A program made the translations under genes and the position numbers. From an uncultured Erythrobacter sp. (lineage in GTDB: Bacteria; Pseudomonadota; Alphaproteobacteria; Sphingomonadales; Sphingomonadaceae), in NCBI RefSeq assembly GCF_958304185.2, contig NZ_CAXXCI010000002.1, forward strand, positions 27,221 to 91,220: a stretch of 64,000 bases of DNA, given 5' to 3'. Position 1 is the first letter of the stretch; each line of letters opens with the position of its first letter. This document shows positions 40,264 to 50,760 of this stretch, piece by piece. Under the pieces are notes generated by a model. The model was not told the DNA's origin. It searched no databases and was given only the letters and a program-made list of their open reading frames with translations.

Positions 40264-41754
40264 GTGAACGCGGTTCGCAGAGCCATGACCGCATTGGCAG
40301 CCGCCAGCTTGATCTTGCTGGTGGGCTGCGGCGCGTCCGACGATACCGCTTCCGTTGCGCCGCCGCGCGGAGACGATCCGATCGTCTTCCCACAGCAGGC
40401 ATCGCAGATCGCCGTCGACCTGAAGCTCGATCTGGCTGAGCTTGAGCGCACGCTCGAACGCGAATTGCCGCGCGAATTGTGGCGGATCGACCGTCCGGGG
40501 AGCGAATGTGTCGCCTCTCAGAAGGTCGATCTGGCGCTGTTCAAGGTCAAATCGCCCAAGATCGAATGCCACATCACCGGCAAGGTCACACGCGGCAGGC
40601 TGCGGCTGAGCGGCAAGGGTCAGGCGCTGATCGTCACCCTGCCGGTCTCCGGCACGCTCGCGGCGCGCGATGTCGCCGGGATGTTCAAGGGCGAGACCGG
40701 CACAGGCGCGGCCGAAGTGGCGCTGTCGCTGCGGCTTGATCTGACGCCGGACTGGAAGCTCGCCAGCACCGCAAAGCTCGATTACCGCTGGACGCGCCAG
40801 CCGGGGATCGACTTCCTCGGGCGGCGGATCACCTTCACCAGCGAGGCCGACCGCGAGCTGCGCCCGGTCAAGCGCGAGGTCGAACGCATTGTCGCGCGCG
40901 AACTGGCGCGCCTGCCAGTCAAGGCTACCGCGCAGGATGGCTGGACCAAGGCGCATGGGGTGTTCGTGCTCAACCGCGAGAACCCACCGGTGTGGGGGCG
41001 GATGACCCCGCAGCGGTTCCGGTTCGGCGGCTATACGGTGCAGGGGCGCGAGCTGGTCCTGCATCTGGGGCTTGATGGGATGTTCGAAAGCTTCGTCGGC
41101 ATCAAGCCCGATGCAGCCGCGCCAGCCCCGCTTCCCCCGCTGGCGCGGCGTGACAAGGCGCAGGCCAAGTCCATCTTACACGTACCGGTGGTAGCCGATT
41201 ACGCAGTGCTTGAACCGGTGATCGCCAAGGCGCTGGCCAAGCGCGCTCAGCGGGCTTTCGTGGTCGCCGATTACGGTTCGGTCACCGCGCAGTTCGACAA
41301 GATCACCGTCTATGGCACCGGCAACGGGCGCATCGCCGTGGGGGGCGAGTTCACGGCGAACTCGGACCTGCCGGTGATCGAGCAGGCCAAGGGGAGGATC
41401 TGGCTAACCGCGCGCCCCGTCAACACGCCCGGATCGCGCGCGGTGAAGTTCACCGAGGTGAGGATCACGGGAGATACCGATATCGTGGGCGAAGAATTCC
41501 TGTTCGCGCTCGCCAATTCGCCCGATTTCCAGGGCGCGATCACCGATACGCTGGCGCAGAATTTCGAAGGTGACTTTAACAAGCTGCGCGGCAAGATCGA
41601 CCGCGCGCTGGCCAAACGCAAAGGCCGCCTCGCCGATTACAGCATCACCATTGAAAGGGTCGAGACGGGGATCATCACGGCGCACGGCCAAGGCCTCTAC
41701 CTCCCGGTCGATATCACCGCGCAGATCGATGCAAAGCTGCGGCGGCTGAATTGA
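40264..41754 (+). CDS. lipoprotein, possibly DUF4403 family
   Basis: GTG start and lipobox LLVGCG. 496 aa. The DUF4403 assignment is from memory of the family's size and taxonomic distribution, not from a search. Confidence 0.55.
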   Translation: MNAVRRAMTALAAASLILLVGCGASDDTASVAPPRGDDPIVFPQQASQIAVDLKLDLAELERTLERELPRELWRIDRPGSECVASQKVDLALFKVKSPKIECHITGKVTRGRLRLSGKGQALIVTLPVSGTLAARDVAGMFKGETGTGAAEVALSLRLDLTPDWKLASTAKLDYRWTRQPGIDFLGRRITFTSEADRELRPVKREVERIVARELARLPVKATAQDGWTKAHGVFVLNRENPPVWGRMTPQRFRFGGYTVQGRELVLHLGLDGMFESFVGIKPDAAAPAPLPPLARRDKAQAKSILHVPVVADYAVLEPVIAKALAKRAQRAFVVADYGSVTAQFDKITVYGTGNGRIAVGGEFTANSDLPVIEQAKGRIWLTARPVNTPGSRAVKFTEVRITGDTDIVGEEFLFALANSPDFQGAITDTLAQNFEGDFNKLRGKIDRALAKRKGRLADYSITIERVETGIITAHGQGLYLPVDITAQIDAKLRRLN

Positions 41755-41831
41755 ACAGCTAACTATTCAGGCAGGCTTTTGCGCGGGCCTCTGTCTGCGT
41801 AGACCCCTGCCCGAGAAAGAGGAACGCACGC

Positions 41832-43190
41832 ATGGCCTATCCGCAATTGACCGACAAAGCCGGAGTGCTGGCGACCGCGCTGGCGATCCGCACGCGCAAG
41901 ATCAGCGTGGCCGAAGCGGTCGATGCGGCGATCACTCGGGCCGGGCGGGATGATGCCGCGATTGACGCGCTCGCCGTCCCCGATTTTGAACGCGCGTGTG
42001 AGACCGCGCGGACGATGGACAGTGCGCCGCGGCAGCTGAACCAGCCCCTGTTTGGCGTACCGATGACGATCAAGGAGAGCTTCGACGTCGCCGGGCTGCC
42101 GACCACCTTCGGCCACCCGGAGTTCCGCGATCAACTCGCTACCCGCGATGCGGCGTTGGTGCGCCGGTTGAAGGCGGCCGGCGCGATCATCATCGGCAAG
42201 ACCAATGTGCCGGTGGATCTCACCGACTGGCAGAGCTTTAACCCGGTCTATGGCCGCACCTCCAACCCGCATGATCCTGACCGCTCCCCCGGCGGATCGT
42301 CAGGCGGCAGCGCGGCAGCAGTGGCGAGCGGGATCGTGCCGGGCGACTTCGGCACCGACATCGGCGGATCGGTGCGGGTGCCGGCGCATTTCTGCGGGGT
42401 ATGGGGGCACAAGACGACCTGGGGCCTCATCCCCAAGCACGGCCACGATTTCCCCGGCATGTCGCGCCGCGAAGGTTTCGTCGCCGCGCATGACAGCCCG
42501 CTGAGTATCGCCGGGCCGCTGGCGCGTAATGCGCCCGATCTTGCCGTGCTGACCGAAGTGGGGGCCGAGGTGCCGCTGCGCCGCCGTCCCAAGCCGCTGA
42601 AGGAATGCCGTCTCCTCGCGGTTACTGCGCTGCCCAATGCGCCGGTCGATGCCAGCGTGATGGAGCCGACCGAAGCCGCGCTCGAACAGCTGGCCCGCGC
42701 GGGTGTGCGGATCGACCGGTCGAACGACCTTCTGCCCGATCAGGCGCAGCAATATCGCCACTATCTTAAGATGATGAACGTGGTGATGGCGCGCGGTGCT
42801 CCGGCGCCGGACGGCAGACGCGCGACGGCGACTGACTGGTTCGACCTGCTCGACGCTCAGGCCGCCTGCATCGCGCAGTGGGAGGCTTTGTTTGCGGAGT
42901 ATGACTTCGTCCTCGCCCCGCCCGCCCCGGTGCTGGCGGTGCCGCACCGCGATACGGCCGTGTTCCGCGGCACCTTGATGATCAATGGCAAGGAGGAGCC
43001 GGGCGGCAATGCGCTGGCCTGGGCCGGGCTGGCGACCTTCCCCAACCTGCCCGCCACGGTACTCCCGATTGGTAGCGGCACCTATCTCGGTAGCACGCTG
43101 CCTTGCGGCATGCAGGTAATCGGGCCGCGCTGGAGCGATCTCGATTGCATCGCGGCGGCAGAGGCGATCGGACAGGTGTTGCACTCGTAA
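41832..43190 (+). CDS. amidase (amidase-signature family)
   Basis: GGSSGGSAAAVASG amidase signature and KTNVP. 452 aa. Confidence 0.85.
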   Translation: MAYPQLTDKAGVLATALAIRTRKISVAEAVDAAITRAGRDDAAIDALAVPDFERACETARTMDSAPRQLNQPLFGVPMTIKESFDVAGLPTTFGHPEFRDQLATRDAALVRRLKAAGAIIIGKTNVPVDLTDWQSFNPVYGRTSNPHDPDRSPGGSSGGSAAAVASGIVPGDFGTDIGGSVRVPAHFCGVWGHKTTWGLIPKHGHDFPGMSRREGFVAAHDSPLSIAGPLARNAPDLAVLTEVGAEVPLRRRPKPLKECRLLAVTALPNAPVDASVMEPTEAALEQLARAGVRIDRSNDLLPDQAQQYRHYLKMMNVVMARGAPAPDGRRATATDWFDLLDAQAACIAQWEALFAEYDFVLAPPAPVLAVPHRDTAVFRGTLMINGKEEPGGNALAWAGLATFPNLPATVLPIGSGTYLGSTLPCGMQVIGPRWSDLDCIAAAEAIGQVLHS

Positions 43191-43197
43191 TTCCAAT

Positions 43198-43292
43198 TCG
43201 TCATTGCGAGCAGCGAAGCGGCGCGGCAATCCAGAGTGGCACGCGGGCCGCCCTGGATTGCCGCGTCGCCTGCGGCTCCTCGCAATGACGAG
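43198..43292. repeat. ~95-bp palindromic MITE/REP-like element
   Basis: Outer arms tcgtcattgcgag (43198-43210) and ctcgcaatgacga (43280-43292). Inner arms are gcggcaatccag and ctggattgccgc. Confidence 0.8.
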
Positions 43293-43300
43293 TAATTTCT

Positions 43301-43996
43301 ATGTCAGGCCTCTCCATGCGCTCTCTTGCTAAGTGGCACATCTGGCTCGGCTGGCTGGTCGGTGTGCCGATCGTAATGTGGCTCGCAACCGGCCTGCTGA
43401 TGGTCGCGCGCCCGATTGATGAGGTGCGCGGCGAGCATCTGCGGCGCGAAAGCCCACCCGCTGCACTGGTGCTGCCCGGCAGCAATCTCGCCGCGCCCGG
43501 AGCGAAGCTGGCCGAGATGCGGGTGCAGATGCAGGACGACCGACCCGTTGCGATCCTGACCAGGCTCGATGGTAGTGTCCGCCGGGTCGACTTCGCCAGC
43601 GGCGCGGCCCTCCCGCCCCTCGATGCGGCTGCTGCGCAAGCGCTGGTGGCGCGCGAGATTACCGGCGGCGATGCGGTGGAGCGCGTCACGCTGTTCCCCG
43701 CAGACCGCACGCCGTTCGATTTCCGCCGCCCGCTTGCGGTGTGGCAAGTCGCGCTCGCGGATGGCACCAATGTCTATGTGGGGCGCGATACCGGCGCCAT
43801 CGAGGCGGTGCGCACGCGCTGGTGGCGGGCGTTTGACCTCGCATGGGGCCTCCACATTATGGACCTGTCCGAGCGGGAGGACACCAGCCACCCGGTGCTG
43901 ATCATCTTCGCTGCGCTCTCGCTGACTGGGGCACTCATCGGCCTCGTGTTGATGTTCCGGCGCCGCAAATCGCGCCCGGCCGCCAAGCCCTTATGA
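43301..43996 (+). CDS. PepSY-associated TM helix / PepSY domain membrane protein
   Basis: The N-terminal SLAKWHIWLGWLVGVPIVMW is typical of PepSY_TM proteins. There is also a C-terminal TM segment. Confidence 0.55.
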   Translation: MSGLSMRSLAKWHIWLGWLVGVPIVMWLATGLLMVARPIDEVRGEHLRRESPPAALVLPGSNLAAPGAKLAEMRVQMQDDRPVAILTRLDGSVRRVDFASGAALPPLDAAAAQALVAREITGGDAVERVTLFPADRTPFDFRRPLAVWQVALADGTNVYVGRDTGAIEAVRTRWWRAFDLAWGLHIMDLSEREDTSHPVLIIFAALSLTGALIGLVLMFRRRKSRPAAKPL

Positions 43997-44634
43997 CCCC
44001 GACCGTCCTCACTCCGATCCTCGACTGGCTTGACCTTGCCGGGATTGCGCTGTTCGCGCTGTCGGGTGCGGTGCTGGCGGCCCGGCTCAAGCAGACCTTC
44101 GTCACCATGGCCTTCTTCGCACTGGTGACGGGCGTGGGCGGAGGAACGGTGCGCGATCTGCTGATCCGCGCGCCGGTGTTCTGGATCGACGACCCGTGGG
44201 TGGCGGCGGTGTGCCTCGGCACGGCGCTGATCGCGTGGTTTACGCCGGTCCGGTGGTGGGAGGGCAAAGGCTTCGCCTATGCCGACGGTGCGGGCCTCGC
44301 CGCCTATGCCGCGATCGGCAGCGCGAAGGCGCTGGCCTATGGCATCCCGCCGATCCCGGCGGCGCTGATGGGCGTGATCACCGGCTGCGTCGGCGGGATC
44401 ATCCGCGATGTCGTCGCCGGGCGCCCGTCGATCATCATGAGCCCCGAACTCTACGTCACCCCCGCCGCGCTGACCGCCGCATTGACGGTAGCAGGAATGC
44501 TGGCCGCGCCCCTGCTGGGTGTGAGCGACCAATGGGCCTGGGCGCTGGGCTTCGTTTGCGGATTTGCCCTGCGCGCGGCGGCGATCCGCTGGGAATGGGG
44601 CCTGCCGAGCTATGGCGAGAGGGAGGGCGCCTAG
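43993..44634 (+). CDS. trimeric intracellular cation channel (UPF0126/YadS) family protein
   Basis: ATGA overlap with the upstream stop. Two repeats of GGGTVRDLL and GGIIRDVV. Confidence 0.8.
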   Translation: MTPTVLTPILDWLDLAGIALFALSGAVLAARLKQTFVTMAFFALVTGVGGGTVRDLLIRAPVFWIDDPWVAAVCLGTALIAWFTPVRWWEGKGFAYADGAGLAAYAAIGSAKALAYGIPPIPAALMGVITGCVGGIIRDVVAGRPSIIMSPELYVTPAALTAALTVAGMLAAPLLGVSDQWAWALGFVCGFALRAAAIRWEWGLPSYGEREGA

Positions 44635-44655
44635 GCCCCCTCCCCCGCTGTCGCC

Positions 44656-45537
44656 TTAGAGATCGCTGTCGACGGTCTCAGGAATGACTTCACCCGGAAC
44701 CGGCCCGCCGGGATAGGCCGGCATCGCCGTCGTCGTGGTTCGCGCGGCCGGGGCCTGCGCCATCGTTATCGAGGCTTCCTGCACCGCAATGTCCGGGCGA
44801 ACCGTGCCGCCGACCGACGCGCGGGCGTTGGCGTAGCCCTGATCGTCCCACTGTCCATCGCCGCGCGGGTCAGCGTTGCCAGAGGGTTCCGATGAATATC
44901 CGATATCCCGGAACCCGTCGCCGTAGTCGATTGCGTCGATTTGGCCATTATTGCCGATCCGGCACTGGAACGACGCGCCGTTGAACAGCGTACCGCTGAC
45001 CAGCCAGCCAGCCCCGGTGCGATCGACATTCTCGACGGTATCGACCCGCACATCGCGCTCGATCCGATCTAGACACTGGTTCACGGCGTTATCGAGGCCC
45101 GACGCTCCGGTGCCGCGCGGTGCGCTAGCCCGGCGATCATCGCGGCGGTCTTCGTAACGGCGGTCATCATTGCGCCAGTCGGGATTGCGCACATCGCGGT
45201 CGACGATCACGACATCGCGTTCACGTTCGCGGCGGTTGTTCGAGCTGACGATTGCAGCGATCCCGCCGATGATCGCAGCGCCGATGATCACATCGCCCGC
45301 ATCAACCCGGTTGCGCCGCCACCCGCGCCGGTGCCCGCCCCAGCCACAGCCCCAGCGGCAGCCCCGCCATTCGGTCGTGGCGCTAACGGGATCATAGCGG
45401 CTGAAATCGAAGGGGCCCGACGCCGCGGCGGCCAACGCGGCGCCCGAAAGCATCGGCGCGGCAGCCGCCGGGGCAGCGATCATGGTGGTACCGGCAAGCG
45501 CACCCGCCAAGGCAAGCGCGCGGAATGTCAGAGCCAT
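44656..45537 (-). CDS. RD-rich membrane-anchored hypothetical protein (paralogue A)
   Basis: ATG at 45537. Signal peptide, TM-like GDVIIGAAIIGGIAAIV, an RD/RR low-complexity run, then a Cys-containing domain AVNQCLDRIE..FQCRIG. Confidence 0.55.
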   Translation of the reverse strand: MALTFRALALAGALAGTTMIAAPAAAAPMLSGAALAAAASGPFDFSRYDPVSATTEWRGCRWGCGWGGHRRGWRRNRVDAGDVIIGAAIIGGIAAIVSSNNRRERERDVVIVDRDVRNPDWRNDDRRYEDRRDDRRASAPRGTGASGLDNAVNQCLDRIERDVRVDTVENVDRTGAGWLVSGTLFNGASFQCRIGNNGQIDAIDYGDGFRDIGYSSEPSGNADPRGDGQWDDQGYANARASVGGTVRPDIAVQEASITMAQAPAARTTTTAMPAYPGGPVPGEVIPETVDSDL

Positions 45538-45730
45538 TGCTGCTCTCTCCTGTTGCAATACGAGCGGCCACCAATCGCCCTGATAGCGGCAGGATTAACC
45601 GTGCGAGGCTTGCGCCAGGCTGAACCAAACGGGCCAAAACAAAGCCGCCCCGCCGTCCCTGATGCGGGAGGCGGGGCGGCAGGTTCACGCGCAGTCGTGA
45701 AGGAGACAGGCTGCGCGTAGCTCGAACGGG

Positions 45731-46264
45731 TCAGCGCAGACCGCGGATGCCGCTGAAGTCAACGAACGGCGCACCGCGGCCGTCGAAGCGGCAGGTGAAG
45801 TTGCCGCGATCATTGCCGCGGTTGTTCCAGCCTCCGCCCACATCGATCCGGCCCTTGACCCGGAAACCATCGCGGGTGCGGTCAATATCGCGGACGTCGA
45901 CCACATCGGCATAGCGATAGCCGCCATTGCGACGCGCCTGATTCTCGGCAGCGCGGACGCAGCGATCCACTGCCGTGCGCGGGTTGCCGAAGCCGCCGCG
46001 ATCCCAGCCACCGCGGACGTCGCGGTCGCGGTAGTCATAGCGGCGGTCGTCGCGGTCATTGTCGAAAGCGCCCGCAAGTGCCGCAAGGCCGCCGATCACG
46101 ACCGCGCCGGCGATGATCTCGCCCGCGCCGATCCCGCCGCGGTCGCGGCGGTCATCAGCCATAGCAGGGGTGGCAGAGGCCGCCGTCAGCGCAGTCGCAG
46201 CGACCGCACCGAAGACAAGCCGGGCTGCTTTGCCGGAGGCCAGCAGGTTGGTCTTGGTCGTCAT
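45731..46264 (-). CDS. RD-rich membrane-anchored hypothetical protein (paralogue B)
   Basis: Same layout as the gene at 44656-45537: GEIIAGAVVIGGLAALA, DRDDRRYDYRDRD, AVDRCVRAAE..FTCRFDG. Confidence 0.55.
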   Translation of the reverse strand: MTTKTNLLASGKAARLVFGAVAATALTAASATPAMADDRRDRGGIGAGEIIAGAVVIGGLAALAGAFDNDRDDRRYDYRDRDVRGGWDRGGFGNPRTAVDRCVRAAENQARRNGGYRYADVVDVRDIDRTRDGFRVKGRIDVGGGWNNRGNDRGNFTCRFDGRGAPFVDFSGIRGLR

Positions 46265-46405
46265 CGAAGCATTCCTCGTCAGGCACCGCGGGCGGGATTG
46301 CTTGCGGTGTCGAGAATGCTTTTGCGCGATTCGGGGTGTGGCGAAGCTGAATTGAGATGACAGGTTTTGTTAATCTAAAGACGGTCCAGTATGAACGATT
46401 ACCGC

Positions 46406-47833
46406 CTATTTGGTCGGAAGAGCCGCCAGCACGTCCCGCGTGAAAGCGGCGATTTCGAAACCAGCACCTGCCGGATCTTCGCCGCGCCGAACGATGACAA
46501 CACCCCGCGAAGGAACGATCACCACATATTGTCCACGATTGCCGAAGGCGGCGAAGGTGTCGGTGGGCACATCGTCAGAGCGGTTCATCAGCCAGAACCC
46601 GGCCCCATAGCCGAATGCGCCGTCAGGCTGCGGGCCGCTCGGGGTAGACACGTACTTCGTCCAGTCTTCAGGCAGAACGCGTTCGCCGGAAGGGAGCACG
46701 CCGTCGTTGAGGTAAAGCTGGCCGAAATCCGCAAGGTCGCTCGCCGTGCTCCACACCTGCGATGACATCACGTGATCGCCGCGAATATCGGTCTCGGCCA
46801 CCGTCTCCGCCATCCCCAGCTTGGCGAAGAAAAGGTGCGGCGGATAAAACGACAGCCATTGACCGATCCCCTTGAGCGCCAACAGCGTGTCATTATTGGC
46901 ATAGCGGAACACTGTTCCCGGCGCATGGAGCACGGGCCAATTCACCGCCGTCTCATCAATGGTCGAGCCACCGAAATAGAGCGCATCGGTGCGGTTGCCC
47001 GGGGTGTCGGAATAGCGGCCGCTCGCCATGCGCAAGGCGTGATCGATGGTGATGGCATTGCGCGGATCGGTCCCCCCGCCGGCGGCCCAGTAATTGAGTG
47101 CAATGGGGTCAGCAACGTTGGCCTCACCTGAATGCACTGCCGCACCGATCAGCGTTGCCGCAATGCTCTTGGCAACGGACCAGGTCCGCTGGGGGGTCTT
47201 CTCGCCAAAGCCGGGGGCGTAGGAGGACTGTTCGACTAGCCCGCCTCCGCTGCGGTTGAAGCGCACCAGCGTGGCGGTTGTGCGGGTGCCATCGCCATAT
47301 TGCCCGGCGAGCGCGCTGGCGAAGACCCGGTCGAGCGGGTTAGGTGCCTTGGCTTTGCTGCGAGGCGCTGCCGAGAGGGTGCCTGTGCCGGGCACTTTTG
47401 CCTCGGGCTTTGCCGCTACGGGCAGCGGTTGGTCAGCATTGCTCGAATCCTCCGGCGCACCGATCGGCAGCACCGAACAGCCCGTCTCTGGCCCGAAATT
47501 GGCTGCGATCCGTGGTGGCATGTCGTCTGCCCAGCGGACCGCGACATGGGCGATCTGGCCGCTCGGTCGGCGGACAATTTCGTGAGGCAGGGTGCCGATG
47601 ATCGCATCCAGCGGTGCCTGAATGCCCGTCAGCTCCCATTGCTCGACGCTCTCGGGCGTCCGGATTGCCCCATTGCGTTCGGCATTGGCAATCGCCCCGC
47701 ACAGCATGAGCGCCTTGTACCCGGCCGCGAGCGCGCGGTCGTAGCGCGCATCGAGCGCTTCCTGCTGGGATTGTGCAGAAACCGGGACGGCGGCGAGGAG
47801 CAACGTGGAGGCTGCAAAAGCGGTGCGGATCAT
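46406..47833 (-). CDS. serine hydrolase (beta-lactamase/PBP4*-like family)
   Basis: Signal peptide, SxxK motif (WSVAKS) and about 475 aa. Confidence 0.8.
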   Translation of the reverse strand: MIRTAFAASTLLLAAVPVSAQSQQEALDARYDRALAAGYKALMLCGAIANAERNGAIRTPESVEQWELTGIQAPLDAIIGTLPHEIVRRPSGQIAHVAVRWADDMPPRIAANFGPETGCSVLPIGAPEDSSNADQPLPVAAKPEAKVPGTGTLSAAPRSKAKAPNPLDRVFASALAGQYGDGTRTTATLVRFNRSGGGLVEQSSYAPGFGEKTPQRTWSVAKSIAATLIGAAVHSGEANVADPIALNYWAAGGGTDPRNAITIDHALRMASGRYSDTPGNRTDALYFGGSTIDETAVNWPVLHAPGTVFRYANNDTLLALKGIGQWLSFYPPHLFFAKLGMAETVAETDIRGDHVMSSQVWSTASDLADFGQLYLNDGVLPSGERVLPEDWTKYVSTPSGPQPDGAFGYGAGFWLMNRSDDVPTDTFAAFGNRGQYVVIVPSRGVVIVRRGEDPAGAGFEIAAFTRDVLAALPTK

Positions 47834-47857
47834 GGCTGCGACACTAGGCTGCGCGGC

Positions 47858-47899
47858 TCAAAAGGAAAGGGCCGGAAGCGTTTCCGCCCCGGCCCTTTC
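47858..47899 (-). terminator. rho-independent terminator after rplQ
   Basis: Minus-strand stem gaaagggccgg/ccggccctttc (47865-47899) is followed by TTTT (plus-strand aaaa at 47860-47863). Confidence 0.7.
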
Positions 47900-47922
47900 G
47901 CTAATTGTTCGCGTGACGCGGC

Positions 47923-48342
47923 TTATGCGTCTTCGTAGTCTTCAGCGGTCTGCACCGGGCCAGAATCCTGACCCTTGGCAGCTTCATCGCGGTCGACGAG
48001 TTCGATGATCGCCATCTGGACGGCATCGCCAGCGCGCACACCGGCGCGCAGCACGCGGGTGTAGCCGCCTTCGCGGTCCGAGTAACGCTCGGCCAGAACT
48101 TCGAACAGCTTCTTCAGCTGCGCTTCGTCACCCAGACGGCTCATGGCGAGACGACGGTTCGAAAGGCCGCCGCGCTTCGCCAGCGTGATCAGCTTCTCGA
48201 GATAGGGACGCAGTTCCTTCGCCTTGGGCAGCGTGGTCTTGATCTGCTCGTGCTTGATCAGCGCGGCGGCCATGTTGCGGAACAGGGCGTTGCGGTGACC
48301 CGTCTTGCGGCCCAGCTTACGGCCCGAAATACCATGACGCAT
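47923..48342 (-). CDS. rplQ: 50S ribosomal protein L17
   Basis: [24 protein letters not shown]. Confidence 0.97.
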   Translation of the reverse strand: MRHGISGRKLGRKTGHRNALFRNMAAALIKHEQIKTTLPKAKELRPYLEKLITLAKRGGLSNRRLAMSRLGDEAQLKKLFEVLAERYSDREGGYTRVLRAGVRAGDAVQMAIIELVDRDEAAKGQDSGPVQTAEDYEDA

Positions 48343-48452
48343 TGTGTTTCATCCTTTGTTCGTAAGGAGCCCGTGCAAGGTAGCTCCATCCTGGTCGGAA
48401 AGGGTCCGACCTGCCCATGATCCTCCCCGAGCGAGCTCGGGGAGGATGCCGA

Positions 48453-49508
48453 TCAGCCCAAAAGCTCTTGCTCGAGCTTCTTGGCCATTTCTTCGATGTT
48501 CTCAGGCGGCCAGCCCGGGATGTCCATGCCGAGACGCAGGCCCATGCTGGAAAGCACTTCCTTGATCTCGTTGAGCGACTTGCGGCCGAAGTTCGGCGTG
48601 CGCAGCATCTCGGCTTCGGTCTTCTGGACCAGATCGCCGATGTAGATGATGTTGTCGTTCTTGAGGCAATTGGCCGAACGCACCGACAGTTCCAGCTCGT
48701 CCACCTTCTTGAGGAGGTAACGGTTGAGCTGGTTGGCGTCGCTTTCTTCCGGCTGCACGGCATGACCGATCATCTGACCGACCGGCTGCGGGATGCCGTC
48801 TTCGAAGTGGACGAACAGGGTCAGCTGATCCTGAAGAATGCGCGCGGCATAGGCCACGGCGTCTTCCGGGGTGACAGTGCCATCGGTTTCGACGGTCAGC
48901 GAGAGCTTGTCATAGTCAAGCTCCTGCCCGACGCGAGCGTTCTCGACCTTGTAGCTCACCTGACGAACCGGCGAGTACAGCGAGTCAACCGGGATCAGAC
49001 CAATCGGCGCATCAGCCGGACGGTTCTGCACGGCGGGCGAGTAGCCCTTCCCGGTGTCAGCGGTCAGCTCCATGTTGAGCGTCGCGCCTTCATCGAGCTG
49101 GCAGATCACCAGATCCTTGTTCATCACTTCGATGTCGCCGGTGACAGCAATATCGCCAGCCTTGACCGCACCCGGGCCAGTGGCCGAAAGCTGCAAACGC
49201 TTGGGGCCTTCGCCTTCCATGCGCAGCGCGATCTGCTTCACGTTCAGCACGATGTCGGTGACGTCTTCACGCACGCCAGCGAGGCTGGAGAACTCGTGCA
49301 GCACGTTCTCGATCTTGATCGAGGTGATCGCCGCGCCCTGAAGGCTCGACAGCAGCACCCGGCGCAGCGCATTGCCGAGCGTCAAGCCAAAGCCGCGCTC
49401 GAGCGGTTCGGCCACGAAAGTCACCTTGCGCTGACGATCGCCGCTGTCCTTGATTTCGAGGGTGTTGGGTTTCTTGAGTTCCTGCCAGTTCTTGGTGTTG
49501 ACGGACAT
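48453..49508 (-). CDS. rpoA: DNA-directed RNA polymerase subunit alpha
   Basis: 351 aa with an alpha NTD and a CTD ([11 protein letters not shown]). Confidence 0.97.
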   Translation of the reverse strand: MSVNTKNWQELKKPNTLEIKDSGDRQRKVTFVAEPLERGFGLTLGNALRRVLLSSLQGAAITSIKIENVLHEFSSLAGVREDVTDIVLNVKQIALRMEGEGPKRLQLSATGPGAVKAGDIAVTGDIEVMNKDLVICQLDEGATLNMELTADTGKGYSPAVQNRPADAPIGLIPVDSLYSPVRQVSYKVENARVGQELDYDKLSLTVETDGTVTPEDAVAYAARILQDQLTLFVHFEDGIPQPVGQMIGHAVQPEESDANQLNRYLLKKVDELELSVRSANCLKNDNIIYIGDLVQKTEAEMLRTPNFGRKSLNEIKEVLSSMGLRLGMDIPGWPPENIEEMAKKLEQELLG

Positions 49509-49632
49509 GGATTTCCCCTAATTCGCCCGGAGGGGGCGGTTCAAACTTGGGCGGGCCAGATGCGGACGCGAAACGCGGCACCTGACCCGATCGGGCGGCG
49601 AGAGCGCACAGCGCCCCCGCCATCCCGGCGGA

Positions 49633-50022
49633 TCAGACGCGGCGACGCTTGGAGGGACGGACCCCGTTGTGCGGGATCGGAGTGACGTCGCGGATCGAAG
49701 TAATGTTGAAACCCACAGCCGCAAGACCCCGAAGCGCGCTTTCGCGGCCCGAGCCCGGACCCTTCACTTCGACTTCGAGCGTACGGACGCCGTGTTCGGC
49801 AGCCTTCTTGCCCGCATCGTCAGCGGCAACCTGAGCAGCATAGGGAGTCGACTTGCGGCTGCCCTTGAAGCCCATCGCGCCAGCGCTGGACCAGCTGATC
49901 GCATTGCCCTGCGCATCGGTGATGGTGATCATGGTGTTGTTGAAGCTGGCGTTGATATGCGCAACGCCGCTGGTGATGTTCTTCTTGTCACGGCGCCGAA
50001 TACGGCCTGGTTCGCGTGCCAT
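49633..50022 (-). CDS. rpsK: 30S ribosomal protein S11
   Basis: [32 protein letters not shown]. Confidence 0.97.
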   Translation of the reverse strand: MAREPGRIRRRDKKNITSGVAHINASFNNTMITITDAQGNAISWSSAGAMGFKGSRKSTPYAAQVAADDAGKKAAEHGVRTLEVEVKGPGSGRESALRGLAAVGFNITSIRDVTPIPHNGVRPSKRRRV

Positions 50023-50084
50023 CGTTATCTGTCCTCTAGATCGTCAGAAGGAAAAAGCGTGCAAAGGGGGTGAGCCCCGCTCGC

Positions 50085-50453
50085 TTACTTCTTCTTGCCC
50101 GCGATGGGCTTGGCCTTGCCCTTGCGGGTGCGGGCGTTGGTGTGGGTGCGCTGGCCACGGACGGGGAGACCCGAACGGTGACGCAGGCCGCGATAGGCGC
50201 GCAGATCCATCAGGCGCTTGATGTTCATCGCGGTGTTGCGACGCAGGTCGCCTTCCACGGTGAAATCGGCGTCGATGGTTTCGCGGATCCGCAGCACTTC
50301 CTCATCAGTGAGGTCCTGCACACGCGCAGAATGCGCGATACCCAGCTTGTCAGCGATCTGGACGGCGGTGGTACGACCAATACCGTGAATATAGGTCAGC
50401 GCGATGATCACGCGCTTGTTGGTGGGGATATTGACCCCGGCAATACGAGCCAC
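50085..50453 (-). CDS. rpsM: 30S ribosomal protein S13
   Basis: [26 protein letters not shown]. Confidence 0.97.
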   Translation of the reverse strand: MARIAGVNIPTNKRVIIALTYIHGIGRTTAVQIADKLGIAHSARVQDLTDEEVLRIRETIDADFTVEGDLRRNTAMNIKRLMDLRAYRGLRHRSGLPVRGQRTHTNARTRKGKAKPIAGKKK

Positions 50454-50760
50454 TTATTTCTCCATGCTCCACAGGGACTTAGGTCAGTTAAAGACCGCCC
50501 CTATCTCAACGCTCAATTCATTCTCGTGTTCGCTTGCCGCGTGATTTGCCAAGTGGCAGGATCATAAACGGCAAAAAGCCCGGTTGGCACGCGCAAGGGC
50601 GATGCCTGCCGAACTTGCTTCGAACATGTCGAATGAGCCGCGCGCATAGGCTGATTCGCCCGAGCCGTCAACCGCAAGCCGAAGGGCTGCGGACCGGTCG
50701 CAAAGCGGAACGCGGTCCAAGCCTTGGCGCCCAGCCCCGCCCCCTGCTCGACAATTAGCG

